A stretch of DNA of 57,755 nucleotides, filler included, from Catajapyx aquilonaris (taxonomy: Eukaryota): the NCBI GenBank assembly GCA_000934665.2. It is 2 parts of 2 records of this genome, joined end to end, with 100 filler letters (N's around TTAATTAATTAA, not from the genome) between each part and the next. Parts side by side here need not be neighbours in the genome. Positions count along the whole stretch, not along the records: positions 28,932 to 57,755 come from KZ539237.1; 1 more part is not named here. The stretch is one strand, 5' to 3'. The stretch's first letter is position 1. The number at the start of each line of letters is the position of its first letter. Shown piece by piece: positions 52,458 through 57,755 of this stretch. Made by a program: the position numbers and the translations under genes. The notes beneath the pieces are model-generated. The model was not told the origin of the DNA, made no database searches, and worked only from the letters and a program-made list of their open reading frames with translations.

Positions 52458-55037
52458 GCAACAACAATGCCTTTCAAGGGATTTTTTCCAATTTTGTCGA
52501 CTATATTTATTCACACTTCAATGGGATGATGGGTTTTAATCATCATCATCATCATCACGACATTTTCCTATAAGGGGTAGTCAGCGATGACGGGAACCAC
52601 AAGCTAACCCAAAATATGAACTAAATTAAAACTTGTAAAAATAAACATATAAACAACCCGTCCCGCCCCCCACCCCTCCCCATCTCAGACGGCAAACACT
52701 CAATATTAAATTTAAATATTACACTATGCAACGCGGTACTTTGCAAAATCCNCCTGGAAGAGGAATCAACCTCAGAGGTAGTGTGACTGTGCTGTGGTCT
52801 AAACCACAACGCTATTTTACCGCCCACATTATGTCCTAATCATAACTTCATAAGCTTCAATTACAAAACTGCATTTTATTTCCCCTCCAACCAGGAAAAA
52901 TCGACAACTATTGGATACAAAGGACATGGCAGATGGAAATTCACAATATTCCTCTTTACTACATACGTCAGCAAAGTACATAATTGTTATGTCCCTGATT
53001 CACAACTATATACACACATCTGGCACTATCATCTCCACCTGATTATCCGTATCCATAAGATTATAATATTTAACGTTATCTGATTATTCATTAGCGCGGT
53101 ATAAGAAGGAACGGATGTGTCTGTCTTTAAGAAAGTCGAAGCTACAACTTTGAAGACGACTCAGCACTGGGGTGCAAAAAAAAACCTCTCTTCTAATTAA
53201 GCTACTAAGAGTTCTCTAGCTAATTATATAGCTTTTCGAGATGTAAGAGTCTCTCTTTTTTGCTAGATGTTCACGTCGTCCAACCCTTGAATGGACCCCA
53301 GAAAAAAGGGATTTAAAACACGGCGGAGAACTATCAGATTTGCTGACAAATCTCCTCTGCATCTTTTCAGCACGCTACCTTAAAGTAGACTAACCCATTT
53401 ATTCCGCTGAAGGAAACTCGGTACGGAGGAAGCGTAATTAAATTCCAACCCCCTATATGCCTGCCGAGGCTATTTAAACTTTTTTCCCCATTACCCACCT
53501 TTCTCCGATGATAAACCAATTGATGGCCAGAGCAGATATTGATCATAGCAGTTTTTTTTATCCCTGACCCAGTCGGCTGGTGGTCTCTTTCATTATTCGC
53601 GAATTTTCACCGCGGCCGCACAGAAACGTGGCCCACTTTCAAATGAGCTGGGGCCAAACTATTTAAAAAAAGGATGAGTGTAATCCACGTGGGGTTTAAA
53701 ATTGGATTAAACCGAGAACTTCCCGGCGACAAAACTGATATTTGCTATTTAATAATCGGTGCAAAATGAAAATGTATGGATTCCTGCTTATTTGATGTGG
53801 CGTATGTCATGTCACTATAGTGTCGTGTCATGTTTAACGTTCGCGTTGTAATCACATCAAGGACCTTGACAAAATATGTTGCCATCTACCGCATATCAGA
53901 CCTACCTAGAGTGTTTTATTTGGTTAAATGGCCGCATATTAATTTTATGGTTTGCATTTTGTTGACATCTGTGGGGTTGCACTACATACGTACAATATCG
54001 GCCTTAATACTCGGGAAGAAATCGTACAGTACTTGGATGTAATCATGGCTTTGGTTTATAAATGTAGAATTAGGGACAACCTTTTTACAGGATATACCTG
54101 CACTTTTGGCTATTTAATTTCCTCGAGGACTAGTAGATGAATCTGCATTAAGCTAGAACTTTTCACAAAAAATATCGACATTTTTCATATAACTTTCAAG
54201 CTGCAATAACCATAATGACAATACTGGAGAGTAGACTATAAATCTAAAAGTGACACGGGAAATTTTACAAATTTATATCGAATTTTTTGAAGCAAAAGCA
54301 ACATTGCAATTCTACGGCCAAATGATAATAACGTAGTGCTACCACAACTAACAGTGCCGGAAAAACTAAGGTAAAAATGCTGGCATTGATGTAAAATGTT
54401 ATGATATTGGATCTGCAAATTACACAGCAAGCTATTGTCCGAGGCATTCTAGCCACCCATGCGCAAAATTTGGTTCCAAAATTGAGGTCAGCTATGAAAG
54501 ACTTTTGTTGAACCAATCACCTCTCGGAAATGATGCACAAAAAAAACTTTAGAAAAAAAGCACTGAAAATTTTATGATTTTAAATCTCGTGATTAAAAAA
54601 AAGCTGTTATCTAAATATTATTGCAGGGAGATGCCTCGCAGCCAGTGGCCCAATAACGACCCGACCCTGATAGCGGAAGGAGTCTTCGCAGTGGCCAACG
54701 TCTTCAGTTTCGCTCGCATCATCTACCTCTTCCAAACCAATCCGCACTTGGGACCCCTGCAGATCTCCCTGGGATGCATGATCATCGGTGAGCTCACAAA
54801 ACCCCACCTCCTGCCGAGCACATAAATCTCAGGACCATAAAAAACGCCAAAAAACCCGTTTCCTCCTCCCCTCGCCTCAGATATCGCCAAATTCCTCTTC
54901 ATCTTCTTCCTGGTGCTAACCAGTTTCGCCTGTGGGCTCAACCAGCTCTATTGGTATTACGACACCAATGTGGAGTACTGCAGGGAGAAGGCCAACGGAC
55001 AGCTGGACTGCCAGTCCAACTCGGACGCCTTCATGAC
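29655..55037 (+). CDS. TRPC: Partial multi-exon TRPC (canonical transient receptor potential) cation channel gene, trp-1-like; 8 exons in the window
   Basis: join(29655..29827,34068..34193,35911..36027,49403..49614,50312..50450,51228..51376,54627..54787,54881..55037). All introns are GT-AG and phase-compatible. The translation has the TRPC hallmarks [55 protein letters not shown] and LGPLQISLG. Confidence 0.95.
30843..30878. repeat. (TGT)12 microsatellite
   Basis: Seen directly. Confidence 0.95.
34068..34193 (+). CDS. TRPC: TRPC exon: helical linker ([42 protein letters not shown])
   Basis: Acceptor ttttccgcag|, donor GAG|gtgagt, phase 0-0. Not in the ORF track. Confidence 0.95.
35911..36027 (+). 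CDS. TRPC: TRPC exon ([39 protein letters not shown])
   Basis: Acceptor tattccag|, donor CAA|gtaagt, phase 0-0, LSRLKLA.KY.QK motif. Confidence 0.95.
37695..37772. repeat. 78-bp hairpin / inverted repeat
   Basis: tgtcgaggaataagcgttactcttcattgttgatg, loop actgcgac, catcaacaatgaagaggaacggtaattcgttgaca: 35-bp arms, 5 mismatches, inner 16 bp perfect. Confidence 0.85.
39734..39834 (-). mobile_element. Extremely 5'-truncated non-LTR retro-insertion with (TAAA)n tail and 16-bp TSD
   Basis: Exact direct repeat tctcagtcagccatat at 39734-39749 and 39819-39834. It flanks 69 bp that read cgttgtatcacggggtaaat(taaa)n on the minus strand. Confidence 0.7.
41824..41894. repeat. (ATT)n microsatellite, ~23 units
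   Basis: Seen directly. Confidence 0.97.
43043..43055. other. Small N gap after a poly-G run
   Basis: 13 N following a G homopolymer. Confidence 0.9.
46605..46805 (+). mobile_element. tRNA-derived SINE fragment, V-SINE-like
   Basis: B-box-like gaattcgatccccggg followed by gttctctccgtgttcgcgtgggttttctcggggttctcccgtttcctcctac, which matches the conserved V-domain core as I recall it (GTTCTCCCCGTGTCTGCGTGGGTTTCCTCCGGGTGCTCCGGTTTCCTCCCAC). The A-box is missing and the boundaries are approximate. Confidence 0.7.
46954..47171. mobile_element. Non-autonomous DNA transposon remnant (Tc1/pogo-like end) with subterminal repeats
   Basis: TA+CCGT start. Motif ggggtgagattgtgcca at 46965-46981, inverted copy tggcacaatttcacccc at 47131-47147, direct copy ggggtgagattaggcca at 47155-47171. 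Confidence 0.5.
48585..48869. mobile_element. ~285-bp GC-rich loopless palindrome (foldback/MITE-like element)
   Basis: Arms of ~140 bp are roughly 90% complementary, with a perfect central palindrome ccaacatggccgcc|ggcggccatgttgg (48717-48744). Confidence 0.85.
49403..49614 (+). CDS. TRPC: TRPC exon: pre-S1 region ([25 protein letters not shown]...RSPFMKFIYH)
   Basis: Acceptor ttgtccag|, donor CAG|gtacag, phase 0-2. Confidence 0.95.
50312..50450 (+). CDS. TRPC: TRPC exon: S1-S2 (ASFGCFLVLLVLAST...RGPSPSIVEWLILFWVTGM)
   Basis: Pyrimidine tract plus gacag|, donor ATG|gtacgt, phase 2-0. Confidence 0.94.
51228..51376 (+). CDS. TRPC: TRPC exon: S2-S3 (VWAECKQLWEEGFKAYIRQWWNWLDFIMLSLYLCTFSLRAVAYVQITTN)
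   Basis: Acceptor ccaacag|, donor CAA|gtacgt, phase 0-2. Confidence 0.93.
52406..52467. repeat. Compound (GAT)n(AAC)n microsatellite
   Basis: Seen directly; a (CAT)6 run follows at ~52540. Confidence 0.9.
54627..54787 (+). CDS. TRPC: TRPC exon: S4 and S4-S5 linker (EMPRSQWPNNDPTLIAEGVFAVANVFSFARIIYLFQTNPHLGPLQISLGCMII)
   Basis: Acceptor ttgcag|, donor TCG|gtgagc, phase 2-1. Confidence 0.95.
54881..55037 (+). CDS. TRPC: TRPC exon: S5 and pore turret (DIAKFLFIFFLVLTSFACGLNQLYWYY...SDAFMT)
   Basis: Follows a 93-nt intron; acceptor ctcgcctcag|, donor GAC|gtaggt, phase 1-2. Confidence 0.95.
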
Positions 55038-55374
55038 GTAGGTGATGAGCTTTCAGTTCTCGGGGGGAGACTCTGGGGGAGATATTTCCGACCATCCGGT
55101 ACCGATAGCCTCAGATTCTCCCATAGAATAGATCAGTTTTCCATCTCACATTTGCACGTATATGTTTCCTATCATAGCCGGATCTAACCATTTTGGTGCC
55201 TTAGGCAACGCTCACTCCAAGTCCCAAGTTGGATCAAAATATAAAGAAGGGTATATGGTCCGGAGGTCATTCCCCCCCTTTTTTTTTTGTAAAATATGAA
55301 TGGCTTTGATGGAATTTGAAACATTTTGGGATCCATATCCCCATACGGTTCTTTTCACTTATTGGTACCACTAC

Positions 55375-55407
55375 ATGCCCAAGCCCATGCCCAAGCCCAT
55401 GCCCAAG
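55375..55407. repeat. 12-bp tandem repeat (atgcccaagccc), ~2.8 copies
   Basis: Seen directly. Confidence 0.85.
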
Positions 55408-57404
55408 ACAAGAGTCAGTTTTCAGCCACTGGAACGGCGTTTTACGGTGAGTTATACAGTGTATGAACTCCGCTATAGGTTTCTGCTCCAGGAAATTAGT
55501 TAATAATCGCCCCCCCCCCTCCCCTCACTCTTTCCATACAACTGTAATTTCAGCCCACTTATGATCTAGCCAACGTATGCTGTCCAACAAGAATTGTCGC
55601 AGCGGCAGCGCACGAACTACAGTCTCTCGTGTCCCTGTGCTCGTAGATTGTAGTTCGTGCGCTGCCGCTGCGACAATTCTTGTTGGACTGATAGTACCAA
55701 TTGGCCATGCAGCCAACTCCCCCATTTTTCAGTCTTCTTAGGGAATACTTTTGTAAATAAAGGGCTTTTCATTTGTTATATACCTCAATGAAAATGTCAG
55801 AAGAGTTTATTACAGGTTGAAGATCATGATTAAGAAAAATACGCGCGCAAGTACGACTGTATTTTTTCACTGTTGTGCAAGATATTCGTATTGCAATGAG
55901 ACAAAACACTGCATCCTGAAGTGACCATTTGGCACAAGCTATAGGAAATAATAGAGAGCAATACTTCGAAAATTGGCGGAAATAAGACGGAAAGAATGCT
56001 GCAGCGGTAAAACTTTAACTTGCTCTCCTGAAAAGTTGGGTTAAGTTTGGATACGCCCTTCTTCCTGCGACCCACTCAGTTATTCTTGTAGAAAATAAAT
56101 AATTTATGGGAATAGACAAGCACATCGAGTGTGTGTAGCTTCTTCTAAACGGTAGTCACCAACTTCCAAGATGCAACTGACATGATTATGCGAATGCGTA
56201 TCATAGGATTAGGGCGAAACTACTGCACCAAAAAAAAACAAAAAAAATTCTGATCGATATTGATATTGGACATTTGAAGTTCCGCAATCTTACCCAGACT
56301 TTCTATCGCATAAAGATCTACATTATCTCTGGAAATTTATGCATACCGAGGGAGTTTCTATCAGCGTTTACATATTGCATTTCTCTAGTATGCATATGAA
56401 AATACAAAAATTGAGGCATGTAACCTAACCACTCTGTGTTGTCCAGGCGAGTTTCAACCATAAAAATGGAGTAATCAACAGGCATCCGGAGATATTTTGA
56501 ATGCTATAAATTTATCAATATCAATGCGTTCAAATCCATAACCTGCCTGTGATTTAAAGCTGTAAATTACGTCTCCCGGCCCCGATTGAAGCTATAAAGC
56601 AGTAAATTGGCTTACAACAATGGCAGATTGAATTAAAACGGTACAGTACAGCACCGCCCGATAATTGCAACACCTTAGATAAAAGGAGAACATTTCCGAA
56701 GCCCTCTCCAAAAGTATTATTGCATTCGTTTCTTATTGTTCACGTAAAGGCACATCAAAAGCTTTTTCCTCACGGTAGTAAAATAATTACTTCCCTGCAA
56801 GAGGTAGGTACACAAAGGAAGCGCTTCATCCCCGAAAGCTCGTAGTTTTTAAATGCCCATGCACAGGTCACGTTTGACATGTACCGCCCTTCTCATTTCG
56901 CTTGCAGACGGGAATTGAAACCCCGAACCTCTGTACCAATTGCCTAACAGCTGCGGAATTGAATGCAAATAAGGCCCGAGGGAGGGGATTTTCCTGTGCA
57001 ATTCAGTCCACCTACTGTTCCACACACATATCACGAGCGCTCTCGCACACACACACCTGTATTGCTACAAATGAGGAATATTTTATCACACATACAGTAT
57101 TTATATCCGAAGTGGATCTCTCAAGCCTCCCTTAATCACCATTGAAGATAACTTACAGCATATACCGGTAGTTTCACTATATTTACTTCACTATTTCGTA
57201 ATTTGTCAATATTTTGGTTTTATTCTGCGTGTATAAACTGGAAGGTGTTCGGATAGGACCATACAAAATATTTGTAGCTTATTATCAAATGTGGTGGAAA
57301 TGAAAAAAATGCAGCAATAAAATTCAGATGAAAATTTTCATTGGGGAGAATTTTTTCGTCAATTCTGTTCATTGTGAGTTTTTTTGTGAATTTCATACTA
57401 TGCT

Positions 57405-57406
<2 letters not shown>

Positions 57407-57436
<30 letters not shown>
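57407..57436. repeat. (AG)15 microsatellite
   Basis: Seen directly. Confidence 0.95.
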
Positions 57437-57438
<2 letters not shown>

Positions 57439-57755
57439 CTCACATTGTGAAGTAAAAAAATAAGCCACAATGTTTTTTTTTGGTAAATTATTGTGAATGA
57501 TTACATCTGATTTAGAGTGGATAGAGTGGGCAGGTAACTTGAAGCCATGGGGTGGTTTGTGCATGACATTAAAGAGAACCCTATTTGGAGTGCGGCACAC
57601 CAGCATTGGGGCCATGGAAGAGAGGTTTAATTTCGGAACAGCTAGAGAATTGGTAGGCTTAGGCCCACTTGTTGGAGCAGCTCTGAAGCTAACGTGTGAA
57701 CTCACTTGTTGTTATATGTTTTCTCCGAATTAACCTGCTCCTCCTCCTCCTCCTC

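Noticed and set aside
57497..57733. ORF containing LFGV as a candidate TRPC pore-helix exon
   Set aside because: It lacks the LFW/LLW-type pore motif, S6 and the TRP box, and has no suitable acceptor.

Overview
This is metazoan (probably invertebrate) genomic DNA in two segments, joined at 28832-28931 by an artificial 100-nt spacer (44 N + TTAATTAATTAA + 44 N). The left segment holds the internal 5' part of a + strand gene that I identify as unc-13/Munc13-like. It has four frame-compatible exons (6739-6860/6881, 9204-9354, 12212-12280, 13172-15272) encoding a long Tyr/Asp/Gln-rich disordered N-terminus that ends in a Munc13-type calmodulin-binding motif. A separate ATG-initiated 233-codon exon (19408-20106) ends in the same ...IA|gtgagt phase-0 donor and looks like an alternative first exon. 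The right segment holds eight frame-compatible + strand exons (29655-55037) of a canonical TRP (TRPC, nematode trp-1-like) channel, from the TRP_2 zinc motif to the start of the pore loop; its 5' and 3' exons are not in the window. The introns contain foldback/MITE-like palindromes (notably a ~285-bp loopless one carrying masked splice donors), a V-SINE-like fragment, a tiny target-site-duplication (TSD)-flanked retro-insertion, a Helitron-like 3' end, a minisatellite and microsatellites. Most short ORFs in the track are spurious. All homology calls come from recalled motifs, not from database searches.
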